A stretch of 60,872 nucleotides of DNA, the filler included. It is 3 parts of 3 records of this genome, joined end to end, with 100 filler letters (N's around TTAATTAATTAA, not from the genome) between each part and the next. Parts side by side here need not be neighbours in the genome. Positions count along the whole stretch, not along the records: positions 21,852 to 52,819 come from SRR31156797_2989; 2 more parts are not named here. One strand, written 5' to 3'. The position numbers were made by a program, and so were the translations under genes. Below, in pieces: positions 38,796 to 48,700 of the stretch (the stretch's first letter is position 1; each line of letters begins with the position of its first letter). The notes under the pieces were generated by a model, which ran no database searches, was not told where the DNA came from, and saw nothing but the letters and a program-made list of their open reading frames with translations.

Positions 38796-39907
38796 CTTTG
38801 CTGACCCTTGCGGGGACCGCTCTCTGGATCATCATCCTGCTGCTCCCCTGGCGGCCCTGGTCCACCCGTGAATTCCTGGACGGGGAACCGGATGATTGCA
38901 ACGACGATTTGAGCAACATCACGGTGCTCATTCCCGCAAGAAACGAAGCGGAAGTCATCCAAGCCACCTTGACGGGCATCATGGCACAGGGAAAACATAT
39001 GAAGGTGATCCTGGTGGACGATCAATCCGAAGACAAAACAGCCTCTCTCGCCGGGGAAATGTTCGAAAGCGACCTCAAAATCGTTTCTGGCCGGCCTCTT
39101 CCCGACGGGTGGAGCGGCAAGCTGTGGGCGCTTCATCAGGGCTTTCAACGGGTGGATACACCCCTTGTGCTTCTCCTGGATGCGGATATCGAGCTCAAAC
39201 CGGGCATCCTTTCAAAACTTCGCCGGGAAATGATGAATCGAAAAGTTCATTTGATTTCCCTGATGGCCTACCTCCGCATGGTTTCCCCTTGGGAGAAGCT
39301 ACTCATGCCGGCATTTATCTACTTTTTCAAGCTTCTCTACCCGTTCCGTCTTTCCAATTCCGATTCCCCCCGGGTGGCGGCCGCCGCCGGGGGTTGCATT
39401 CTGCTCCGAACCGATATGCTCAAGGCCATCGGGGGATTTGCTGCGGTACGGGGAGAGTTGATCGATGACTGCGCCCTGGCCGGAAAAGTCAAATCCGTTG
39501 GGGGGAGCACCTGGATCGGACTCTCCCGCTCCGCCCTGAGCCTTCGCGCTTACGACCGACCCGGAGTCATCTGGAACATGGTGGCCAGGACCGCCTTTCA
39601 TCAGCTCCACTATTCCATGGCGCTATTGCTGTTGGTGACGGGGATTATGGTTCTGATGTTTCTGATGCCCATTATCGGTCTGTTTTTTCCATCTCTCACA
39701 GCCGGTCTTACGGCCCTAATGGGACTTGCCGCAATGATGCTGGGGTACATCCCCACCCTGAAATTTTACCGATTGAGCTGGAAGTGGGCCTTTTTCATGC
39801 CCTTGATCGGATTGCTGTTTCTGGCCATGACCTGGACATCGGCCATCCGCTTCCGGCAGGGAAAAGGGGCGGAATGGAAGGGGCGGGCCTATGGAGAGAA
39901 AAAGTGA
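38786..39907 (+). CDS. hpnB: Hopene-associated glycosyltransferase HpnB
   Basis: IPARNEA, VDDQSED, LPDGWSGKLWAL, LLDADI, AAAGGCIL, LIDDCALA, WNMVARTAFHQL, WKGR. Confidence 0.8.
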   Translation: MLLTLLTLAGTALWIIILLLPWRPWSTREFLDGEPDDCNDDLSNITVLIPARNEAEVIQATLTGIMAQGKHMKVILVDDQSEDKTASLAGEMFESDLKIVSGRPLPDGWSGKLWALHQGFQRVDTPLVLLLDADIELKPGILSKLRREMMNRKVHLISLMAYLRMVSPWEKLLMPAFIYFFKLLYPFRLSNSDSPRVAAAAGGCILLRTDMLKAIGGFAAVRGELIDDCALAGKVKSVGGSTWIGLSRSALSLRAYDRPGVIWNMVARTAFHQLHYSMALLLLVTGIMVLMFLMPIIGLFFPSLTAGLTALMGLAAMMLGYIPTLKFYRLSWKWAFFMPLIGLLFLAMTWTSAIRFRQGKGAEWKGRAYGEKK

Positions 39908-39924
39908 AGGTTGCATAGAATCGA

Positions 39925-41553
39925 CTACTCCGCGACGTAGCAGTAATTATCTTTATCCGTCCCGCAAGGGCTGGCCGGGTCCGGCGCGCTTGCGCAATAC
40001 GGCTGCTTTGTCTCACAATAGCATGTATGAGTACCGCCAAAAGCCGGTTTTGGACAGCAGATCGTCTGGTCGCCATTACATGGCTGGTCGCTTGGATTGT
40101 GGCATATTGCCATCTCGGCAGCACTACAATTTCGCCACCCACTGCTGGGGCATTCCTGAGACGGACAGAATTCTATGGTGACCGCCGTGGATGCCACACA
40201 GTTCACCTGCTTGCCGTTGTCCGTGGGATAATGAAACGCATCGGGGCAGGTTACGCTATCACAATAGACGCAGCGACAACCCGCATCAGGCGTAATTTTA
40301 ACGGCTTCGTTGAAATTCTGTTCACAACAGGAACTCTCCTTGCACGAATTGGGGCAACCGCTGTCGGTAATGACGCTGATATCGAAGGAAAGCTCAGTCA
40401 GATAGGTGACCTCAGCCTTGGTTGCCCTGTCGGAAGTGCTTCCCACGAAAAAATCCATGCCGGACGAACCGAGGTCCACCGGGTACGTTCCCGGATCGAC
40501 GTCACATTGTTGCCCTGGGTTGCACTTCACCGCTCCATTGCTATTCCAAATACCGTTTTCGTTTATCAAGACCTTTAGGCTTTCAGTGCAATTGTTTATC
40601 AGGGTGAGCGTAACCGATTGCGTATCCGGAGAATCGATCAACAATGTTGCATCAGATAGTGATTCGTTCGGCACAATATTTCCGAACAATACCCTTGCAT
40701 CATAGGAAAAGATATTATCCTCATATAAAGGGTTGTCCAGCTCCAGGGAAAAAATCTGTAATTCACCCGAATCCGTATAGGCGCTTAAAGATGCATTAGG
40801 CGGAACGGCGCCGAAATAGGACTGCCAGTTGGCAGCCAGAGAAGCAACCGGATTAATGGTAAAGGCAGAACCCGGTGCATTTTGTATCTGATACAATTCC
40901 TTATAAAAATCGACCAAATACAGTTTATACAAGTCATCCGCCCCCGTTGGCTCAAAAAAGGCGCCCTGTGCAGTCTGCCCGAATGACCAATAATTGGGTT
41001 CACCTTCAGGGGTATTGTTCAATACGGTCAACTTGATGCCATCAATATCCAATGGGATAAGGGGGTTTTGGCTGGCCATTGTGGTGCCGAGCAAGGTCGC
41101 TTGAAAAGTGAGACGATTACTTTTTGAATCGTAAATAGGTGCCTTCAACTTCAGGAATAGACCGTCAGGTTGTGTCTCCATACTAACATATCCTTCCAAA
41201 ACTGCATTTGGGAAGACCCCGCCATAGGTTTGGGACCACAAGTTAATATAGTTTTGCATGGTTTCGGTGCCTGATTTCCGCTCGGGTCTATCCGTGTAAA
41301 AAAGGGTTTCTTCCGAAACGCTCTCCAAGGTTAGTGTGTATTCCCAACTCTGATCAGTGGCGGACACCATTGTCTCCCCCGCACCCTCAACAATTGGGAC
41401 AAGAATCCCATTCCCCGCAGAAAACACATTCACACGGGTAGAGAGGTTGCCCGGTGTTGAACTACCGCTATCGTTGCTGCTACATCCAAAACAAACGGTC
41501 ATTAAAAATCCCACCAGGAGAAATACAGTCCAATCCGCTCTAATTTTTTCCAT
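39925..41553 (-). CDS. Lipoprotein: tandem TDRPER/PNA domain pair + thaumatin-like domain + Cys-rich tail
   Basis: Lipoprotein signal ...VCFGC-SS; repeats FYTDRPERKSG..PNA..PIYD and NAPG..FGAVPPNA..PLYE..TLLIDS; thaumatin motifs INNC, ATKAEVT, SFDISV, FNEAVKITP, CPDAFHYPTD, TIEFCP. Confidence 0.8.
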   Translation of the reverse strand: MEKIRADWTVFLLVGFLMTVCFGCSSNDSGSSTPGNLSTRVNVFSAGNGILVPIVEGAGETMVSATDQSWEYTLTLESVSEETLFYTDRPERKSGTETMQNYINLWSQTYGGVFPNAVLEGYVSMETQPDGLFLKLKAPIYDSKSNRLTFQATLLGTTMASQNPLIPLDIDGIKLTVLNNTPEGEPNYWSFGQTAQGAFFEPTGADDLYKLYLVDFYKELYQIQNAPGSAFTINPVASLAANWQSYFGAVPPNASLSAYTDSGELQIFSLELDNPLYEDNIFSYDARVLFGNIVPNESLSDATLLIDSPDTQSVTLTLINNCTESLKVLINENGIWNSNGAVKCNPGQQCDVDPGTYPVDLGSSGMDFFVGSTSDRATKAEVTYLTELSFDISVITDSGCPNSCKESSCCEQNFNEAVKITPDAGCRCVYCDSVTCPDAFHYPTDNGKQVNCVASTAVTIEFCPSQECPSSGWRNCSAAEMAICHNPSDQPCNGDQTICCPKPAFGGTHTCYCETKQPYCASAPDPASPCGTDKDNYCYVAE

Positions 41554-41638
41554 GTCTTCACCCCTTGTTTAAACGTTTTGACGTCGCAATACCCTTATAA
41601 AACACCCAGAAAGCGGGGTTTCCCAAGACCATCTGTAA

Positions 41639-43072
41639 TCACGGCGGAGGATCGGAGCATGCGTACTGTCTCGGCGTAACGTCCGGGCATGCCCCGTTCC
41701 CCTCTGGAGAGCAGCAGTTCGGGGTCACACATCCGGTGTATCGGTTTTTTTTGATGGTAACCACACAGACCCCGTCCACCATGGCAGATGTTACATGGGC
41801 TATCTTGTAGGTCTCAATGCCCTGACCAAACACCGCGGGTTGTTGCTTGAAGGAACAGTCCGAATCAAATATAAACTGTCCCCCCGAGTTGTCCGGGTTC
41901 TGCGGCTTGTTTCCACCAGCCGGACCAACCGGTACGTCGGGTTCACGGCACCAGTACCAGAAATTCACCTGGATCGCGGCACCGGTAATGCCTCCCGTGC
42001 TGAGCTGATATGGAGCACTTTTGGAATCGGGAGCGAGTTGTATGCCGCCAGGATTCTGCCCCGGCAGAAAAACGGCCACGGTGTCATTTGTCCAGGGGCT
42101 GCATGAGCCACCATCAGCGGCCAGGATCTGATTATCGAATTGAATTGTGATGCTTGTCTCCTGGCTGTCGATGACCAATGTTACCGAGTTAAGTGTGACA
42201 TTTTCCATTGGATCATTACCAAGGGCCCTTGCCAAATACATAATTGTCATACCTTCTGATGAATATTCCATACTGTCAAGGGTTATTGAATATGCTTTCA
42301 TTTCACCATTATCCGTAATCCCGAACATGAAGGCATTGGGCGGTACCGCGGAAAACATGGCATCCCAGTCATCTGCAAGAATCTGAGTCGTTGTCACGTG
42401 TGAAAACGTTGAAGGCGCACTGCTCGCCCATAATATTTGGTCGTCAACGCCTTCCTGGAATAGGGTGAAAGCATTTTCCCGGTCTGAAATTTCCACGGTT
42501 GCCGTTTCACCGTGAACGACATAGTTGATTCCCTTGCCGTTATTCAGAATTACAATGGACGGATCGTTAAACTCCAATATCCCCTCAAGTCGCGAATCGC
42601 CGTCTTCGAATGTCGATTTTATGAGGGTGGCCGTAAAACTGAGGGTGTCTCTCCCGGAATCATATACCGGTTTTTTTATGGTTAAAAAAAAGCCGGTGTT
42701 TTCATTTTCAAGGAGAACTTTTAATACGGCATTTGGCACAACCGCCTTAAAACTTGCAGGCCAGACAGTATCGATAAATATATCCATTTTATGGCGGCCT
42801 GATTTTCGTTCCGGCCGGTCCGTGATCCAAATCACATCCGAGGGAACGTCATGTAATGTGATGATGTACTCGTTGTCGCTTGCTGCAGGTTCTAAACTTC
42901 CGGTCTTACCCGATGTCATATAAAGCCTTTTTGTGAACGCTTCAGAAGATGTATCCGTAGAAGAGGCATCGCCGCTAGAGCAGCTCAAAAAAGCCATTAT
43001 GATTAAAAATCCCAGAAAAAGAGAGGCCATATTTCGTTCGTTCTTAAATCTCATTCCCTTTGACATTTTCAT
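41639..43072 (-). CDS. Paralogous lipoprotein: same tandem N-terminal domain pair + unrelated Cys-containing C-terminal domain
   Basis: ...AFLSC-SS; WITDRPERKSG..PNAVL..PVYD..ILNN; FSAVPPNA..TLVIDS; then a ~175-aa unknown domain. Start uncertain (43111 to 43030). Confidence 0.8.
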   Translation of the reverse strand: MKMSKGMRFKNERNMASLFLGFLIIMAFLSCSSGDASSTDTSSEAFTKRLYMTSGKTGSLEPAASDNEYIITLHDVPSDVIWITDRPERKSGRHKMDIFIDTVWPASFKAVVPNAVLKVLLENENTGFFLTIKKPVYDSGRDTLSFTATLIKSTFEDGDSRLEGILEFNDPSIVILNNGKGINYVVHGETATVEISDRENAFTLFQEGVDDQILWASSAPSTFSHVTTTQILADDWDAMFSAVPPNAFMFGITDNGEMKAYSITLDSMEYSSEGMTIMYLARALGNDPMENVTLNSVTLVIDSQETSITIQFDNQILAADGGSCSPWTNDTVAVFLPGQNPGGIQLAPDSKSAPYQLSTGGITGAAIQVNFWYWCREPDVPVGPAGGNKPQNPDNSGGQFIFDSDCSFKQQPAVFGQGIETYKIAHVTSAMVDGVCVVTIKKNRYTGCVTPNCCSPEGNGACPDVTPRQYACSDPPP

Positions 43073-43250
43073 GTTATCAGCCTCTTGGCGCATATTTAAA
43101 ATGTGCTTCATCCTGCTTATATTTTATTTATTACACAGATCAGGGAAGAAAGGTCACATAAATTATACCCGGCTGGAAAAATATTCGGAAAGTCCCGCCC
43201 AAAGAACGAACATACAATTTGGGAAAGATGGTTAAAGGTCATGTTTGTAT

Positions 43251-44426
43251 TCAATCGGGAAGCATCATCCACGCACCGCCGCCGCAAAAGACCTGGATAG
43301 TGCCGCTTTCAAACCTTTTAAGCGCTTCTTCGTTAATATAGGAAATGCATGATTTCACGGTACGGCTCTCGTCCTTATAAGAGGGGTCCACCCAGAGTTG
43401 CTCGCTCTCTCCATTCAATCCGGATCCTTGGCCGGGACCGTGTCCCGCGCAAGGGTTATCCGCGCCGTTATAAACGCCGGGCGTACCGATGGTGCATTCA
43501 ACGAACTTGTACCCGGCCTCCTCGCATTTGAATACCTCCGGCTTTGCAACGTAATAGGCGGCGTTAATATCAAAAGTATCGAGTCCATTCAGGTTAAGCC
43601 CCTGCTCCAGGGAATTCATGCTCGCCTGTGAAGCGCGGGAGAGAAGCATCGCCCTCTCACTGCATCCGGGCTGCTGGAGCGAATCGATCTGCGCCCGTGT
43701 GTATAAAGCGCTTGAAGACAATGAAAATGTGATGAAAGTGACCGGGATATCAGACGACTCCAAAATCATTTGGGTAGCACGCAGGTCCTGAGCGATGTTG
43801 AAATCCGTAAACACCACGTCCGAGAAAGGGTATTTCAGTACTTGATTCGGAGCACGGCCGCCCAGAAATACCACCTCTTTGATATTATGAAGCACATCTG
43901 GGAAATTCTGCACCAGACAGGCAATATCCGTAAGAGGTCCGATCGCAAGGATAGTAACCGGTTCTTTACTCCGGGAGAGCAGATCAGCAAGCGCCAAAAC
44001 CCCTTCATTCATGCACAGCCCGAAAAGCGTTACGGGACTTTCCGTATCTCCCGTCCACACCACCGGGTCCGGAGCGGGGAGAGGTTCGATACCTCCCGCG
44101 AAAATAGGACCGTTCCAAAATCCCGGAGTTTCAATAAATGTCCGTTTCGCAGCATAGAGCTCAGCGGGCTGAAGACTATTTCCCCTGACCACCGCTGCCC
44201 CTTCCACGACAGCGCCCCCATAGGTGCTAATAAGCTCAACGGCCCAGGAATCATCCGTATCGGGCGGCCCGGATCGCCATCCGCCAACAAGCCCTGCCGC
44301 CATGTCAGTGGATATAAAAACCCGTTTTTTCACATCCTCCTGCCCCCTGGACTCATTGGAGCACGAATTGGCCGCAAGCAACAGGCATAAGGCGAATAAC
44401 ACAGGTAAACATCTTAATTTACGCAT
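43251..44426 (-). CDS. Nucleoside hydrolase (IU-NH family), predicted lipoprotein
   Basis: ISTD...DTDDSWA, GN, ILAIGPLTDIA, VFLGG, DFNIAQD; N-terminal MRKLR-hydrophobic-NSC signal. Confidence 0.75.
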   Translation of the reverse strand: MRKLRCLPVLFALCLLLAANSCSNESRGQEDVKKRVFISTDMAAGLVGGWRSGPPDTDDSWAVELISTYGGAVVEGAAVVRGNSLQPAELYAAKRTFIETPGFWNGPIFAGGIEPLPAPDPVVWTGDTESPVTLFGLCMNEGVLALADLLSRSKEPVTILAIGPLTDIACLVQNFPDVLHNIKEVVFLGGRAPNQVLKYPFSDVVFTDFNIAQDLRATQMILESSDIPVTFITFSLSSSALYTRAQIDSLQQPGCSERAMLLSRASQASMNSLEQGLNLNGLDTFDINAAYYVAKPEVFKCEEAGYKFVECTIGTPGVYNGADNPCAGHGPGQGSGLNGESEQLWVDPSYKDESRTVKSCISYINEEALKRFESGTIQVFCGGGAWMMLPD

Positions 44427-44894
44427 AATATTATCCCTCTTAAATCTCATGCCACCAAAGATGGCTGTTTCCCATATTTGTGCGATTGATTAGAATTTGG
44501 GTTCATACTGCATTATTATTACGTGGCCTTTGGGACAATTTAAAACGGTTTTCAGGTACTTGTAAACCGGAAATTCCAAAAACCCGAACACAATATTACA
44601 TATGTCCGCCTTGGCGCCACCGGCTTTCCTCTCGTGGCCTAATTTCCCGGAATCGTATATGGAAAGTAACAAACCTTTGATAAAACAATCTCTTTGGATC
44701 GGTTTCTTCATTTCCAGCTGTCCCAATTTTGTTTGCATCCGAAGTTGCTATTTGGTAAATTGGCTAGAATTTGGCGATAAAGAATCCTGCAAGCGGGATG
44801 ATACAGCGCCGTCCAAACAAAAAGCTTGGTCCCGATTCAAGTTTCAAATACCCTTTGTATCCTGAAAAGATTCAATAATTCAGGATAATGCAAG

Positions 44895-45719
44895 TTATGC
44901 CGTCGGTTCGTTTATGTTGTGTGTGTTTGGTTCCTTCCATTTTATTCCATCGTTGTTTTTCTTGTAATTCTCTCCCCGTTTAAGTTGACGTCGCAATTCA
45001 ACAGCTAGGGAGTCAGCCATTTCCCTAAAACCATCCAGCCGTTCAATTCTATCTTCAAGTAACCTGAGTTTTCTATCATCCGGTTTGTCCGTGTTCATTA
45101 CATCATTTTCTGCAGTGAAAAAGCGAATAGCTCGAAACTCAATATCACCGTCCAAGCCGGCCGCCTCGGCGAGTTCAACCAAGTTCTTTGTTTTATCTAA
45201 GGCAGTTTGCGCAGCTTGAAGCAGGCAATACCCAATTAGCATTTTTGCCGAATAATCTATGTCATCTGCTATTTTGAGCCACTTTTTCGTTTCTGTGCCT
45301 TCCTCATCCTCCTCAATCCCCGTTCTTTGGGAGCGAAAGTATCTGGGCGTATCGTCGTTTGGATCAAGGCTTTCAAGGGCTTTTAAAATAGGCTCTATAT
45401 CTTCGAACGGACGTTTGCCGTCTGGCATCTGGTGACGGCGCTCCCAAAGATCGAGAATAGCATCCGCGCATTTTACCAATTTAGATGGACGATCTTCGGC
45501 TTTGGCGGTCTCGGCCTCTTGAATCAGTTCCGCAATATAGTGAGCCATCCATCGGCTAAGTGTGTCTACGCCCGGATCGAGGCCCAACTCCTCGACCAAA
45601 GCCCGCCCAAGATCCAACAAGTCCTTTGACATCGAAGACAGAGCCGTCGGCCCCGAGGTGGAGAATTTTGTCATGCGTTTTTCTCTTCGCGTTTGCTTCG
45701 TAGGATCGGACATATTCAT
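44895..45719 (-). CDS. avs3b: AVAST type 3 accessory protein Avs3b (start uncertain: 45719, 45674 or 45632)
   Basis: LGRALVEELGLDPGVDTLSRWMAHYIAELI...CADAILDLWERR...P.GKRPFE...L.ALESLDP; directly downstream of the STAND NTPase. Confidence 0.8.
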   Translation of the reverse strand: MNMSDPTKQTRREKRMTKFSTSGPTALSSMSKDLLDLGRALVEELGLDPGVDTLSRWMAHYIAELIQEAETAKAEDRPSKLVKCADAILDLWERRHQMPDGKRPFEDIEPILKALESLDPNDDTPRYFRSQRTGIEEDEEGTETKKWLKIADDIDYSAKMLIGYCLLQAAQTALDKTKNLVELAEAAGLDGDIEFRAIRFFTAENDVMNTDKPDDRKLRLLEDRIERLDGFREMADSLAVELRRQLKRGENYKKNNDGIKWKEPNTHNINEPTA

Positions 45720-48700
45720 CCCTAAGTTTACGTTCGACCTGCACCTCGCAGATCAAATCTAATCCTTCATTAATAAGAAAAGACTGCACTATGTCAGCTT
45801 TTGCCCAGAGCCGCCAGCCATTTGAACAAATCCCCCGCTGGTAGCGGCCTTCTTCGAAAGGCGGTTCGTCACACCATGCTTCATAGATGAACGCTGCTTC
45901 GCGCGAGCTTCTGCAAATCCATGTATGATAAGTATTAGCCTGCAGAACAAGTTCAAGTGCTTCCGTCAACTTGCGGCCTGGTTTTGCCCGTATCTTGCCG
46001 ACCTCATATCTGTATGGATCCATTTCATCAAAAAAAAGACCACCCTCAATAAGTGTAACCCACCCTAGAAGACGATAAGGCAGGGTATTAACCTGCAACT
46101 CGTCGTCTTCATCCGGTATTCGAAAGTCCCAAGGATCGCTAGCAGTCTGAAGCGCACGAACAAGTGCAGGGGCTGTCTCTGGTGAAACGAGTGCGGACCT
46201 GATCTGGATATTTGTGTCCCGTTTCGGAAAATGTGTCGTGTGGTTTCCGTATATAACGATCCATCCCTCGCGAAGTGACGTGCATAGGCCGATCTCAGTA
46301 AGGAATTCATCATGACGTATATGGTGGAGCCATCCTCTATCGGTTTTTGGATCTTCCTTCCAAAACCGAGTTTCAAGAGGCGTTGCACAGCGATTGTCAG
46401 ATAGCCATCTGGGAGGATCGGTGGGTAGCACATCTTCAAACCAATCGTCAAAACTGTAATAGTAGCCCTCCCCCTTTATTGAAATTGGGTGGGTCTTTAA
46501 CAGTTCTCCAACAACACAATGCATTGCATTCCACTCAAGATACGTACCATAGCGCTCGACAGTTGGAAGGACTCCACCTCTATGTGACCACAATCCGAAA
46601 CGTCGCTCGTCATAACGCGCTTTTCGGGGTTCTTTATTCCAAAAATTCGCCTCAGGATCGGCTCCCCATTTGTTGAGAATCCATTCCTCGGCAATATCAA
46701 GAACCTGATCTAAGGACACGTCAGGAAAAATCTTCTGAATCTTGTCGTACCAGTAGGGAATTGTATCCGTATCGTCAAACTGAAATCGATGTTTGTCTTC
46801 CTCCCTGCGGCGGGTCATTCGGTGATTCTCTCTCTTTGTGGTTGTTTGACCCTTGAGGGCAATGTTGATTTGATCAAGCTGGGCTACTTCAAAAGAGGTC
46901 AGGGAGAATATGCCTGTGGAATCCAGATGAAGCAAGGCTCTTTTGGCATATTCTCGAATCCCCACATGGGGCAATTCGGATGAGGTAGCGAGGTCTAAAA
47001 TTTCCGTTTTGCAGGAACTTAGTGCCTCGGGCGTTTCAAGGCTGATCCGATATAATGAAATTGTCAACCAGAGTTTAGCGGCCAGAAAATAAAAAGGTCC
47101 TGTAGGGTCTCGAAAAGCCTCATCGTTGACTTTGTCCGATAGTGATACCGTTGCTTCCACAATATCGGAGCAGCCAAATTTGGCAAGCACACGTAAGGCA
47201 TGAGCCGCCTTCCACCGAATCCGTTTGTCGATATCGCTCATCAACGCAAAAAGGAAACGTGCGATCGTGTGGGACGTATCCTCCGGAATATCCGCTGGAA
47301 AGTGCGGGGACTGTTCTTCGACAGGAAGTCGACGCGTGAGGCGTTGCAAGTACCAAACCAACAGCGCGCCTGCTTCCTCTTCATTGAGGGCACTCGCAAT
47401 TTCTTCGGCAATGGCAAACAGGGTGCGACTGCTCAAGGCTTCACCCACCCGTGCGACACCTGAAAGAATTATCTGGAGACGGCCCTCAGCATCCACTCCG
47501 CAATAGTCCAAGAGTGGATCCAGGGCAGATTGTCCTTCCTTCAACCAAGGAGTTGCCCCATAAAAATGTGTGATCAGAACTGATGGCAGTTTCTTTTTGC
47601 ACCAACGGTCAATTGCGGGTGTGCCTTTCCAGAGAGTCACGGTCCCATGGATCATTTCAACCCGATGTCTGCTCCAAATGGAGTCTTCGGAAGCCTCTGA
47701 AAGTGCGTTTAGAAAAGGAATCCTGTCCCTGGGTCTGTTGGATCTCCTTCTCATTCTTATCAGTATCTCTCGGTCATCATACGGCAGGCCGGACGCCTTT
47801 GCTGCTTCCAATACCTGGTCTATTGATTGCGGCGTTACGAATGGGCTTCCTTCAGAGTGCAATTCGAACTTTTTCGGAGGGTTGATGTTATTAACCCGTC
47901 GAAACATCTTGCACTGAGTAGCTTTTTCCTCCTTTTCAGGTTTACCCGCAAGCGTTTTTAAATACGTAATCGTCTCCCTGAGCTTCGAGAGCCATGGTCC
48001 CGCGGTGCATTCACGTAGGGAAATCCGATCAATGATTTCCTGACCTAACAGAAGCCTTCTGTTTTGTGGAACCAAAAGAAGATTTTCCTTTGCCAACTCA
48101 TCGATAACCCTCATATATTTTTCAGGATTCGCCATTATCCGGGACAAAATTTCTTTCAGAAGATCCCCGTCCGAGCCTCCGATCAGCAAGGCCAAAGATG
48201 TTGAGGTTTCGACGTCAATCGCGCCTTTCTGTAATGCTGTTATCAGAAACCTTTCAAGCGTATAATCGAGTTCAATAGTGCCGCCATCCGCCCATCGGCA
48301 AATAGCGGCTAGCGCGGATGCAGCGTCCAAGGAAGCCAATGCGGAAACGGCCGAATCCCATGGGAATCCATCATGTCCCGAAAGGCGCTCAGAAACGCCT
48401 GAAACAAACGAAAAGATATCGGCTGCGATTGATTTACGATCAATCTGCTCTGAGATATGAGCAAACCCGGAAAGGACCGATAAGAATTCAATCTGATCGA
48501 ACGCTTCACGATCAATCTCCTTTGCGAGACTGAGAGCATCGTCAAACAGTGACTCGGCATCATCCCGGCTGACCGGCAAGATGAGTCGGGACAGAAGGAC
48601 CATTGCGCTAAGTTTTTCGGATGAGGGCTCACGCAGCCCTTTGATATCCTCGGCGGCTTTTGCAACAAGCAGCAACAACTTGTCAGCCTCCGTTGTGCGA

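Noticed and set aside
44451-44894. Small ORFs or a riboswitch between the nucleoside hydrolase and avs3b
   Set aside because: No recognisable aptamer consensus or protein motif. Only a short inverted repeat (TATCCTGAA...TTCAGGATA, ~44858-44887) that may be a terminator.
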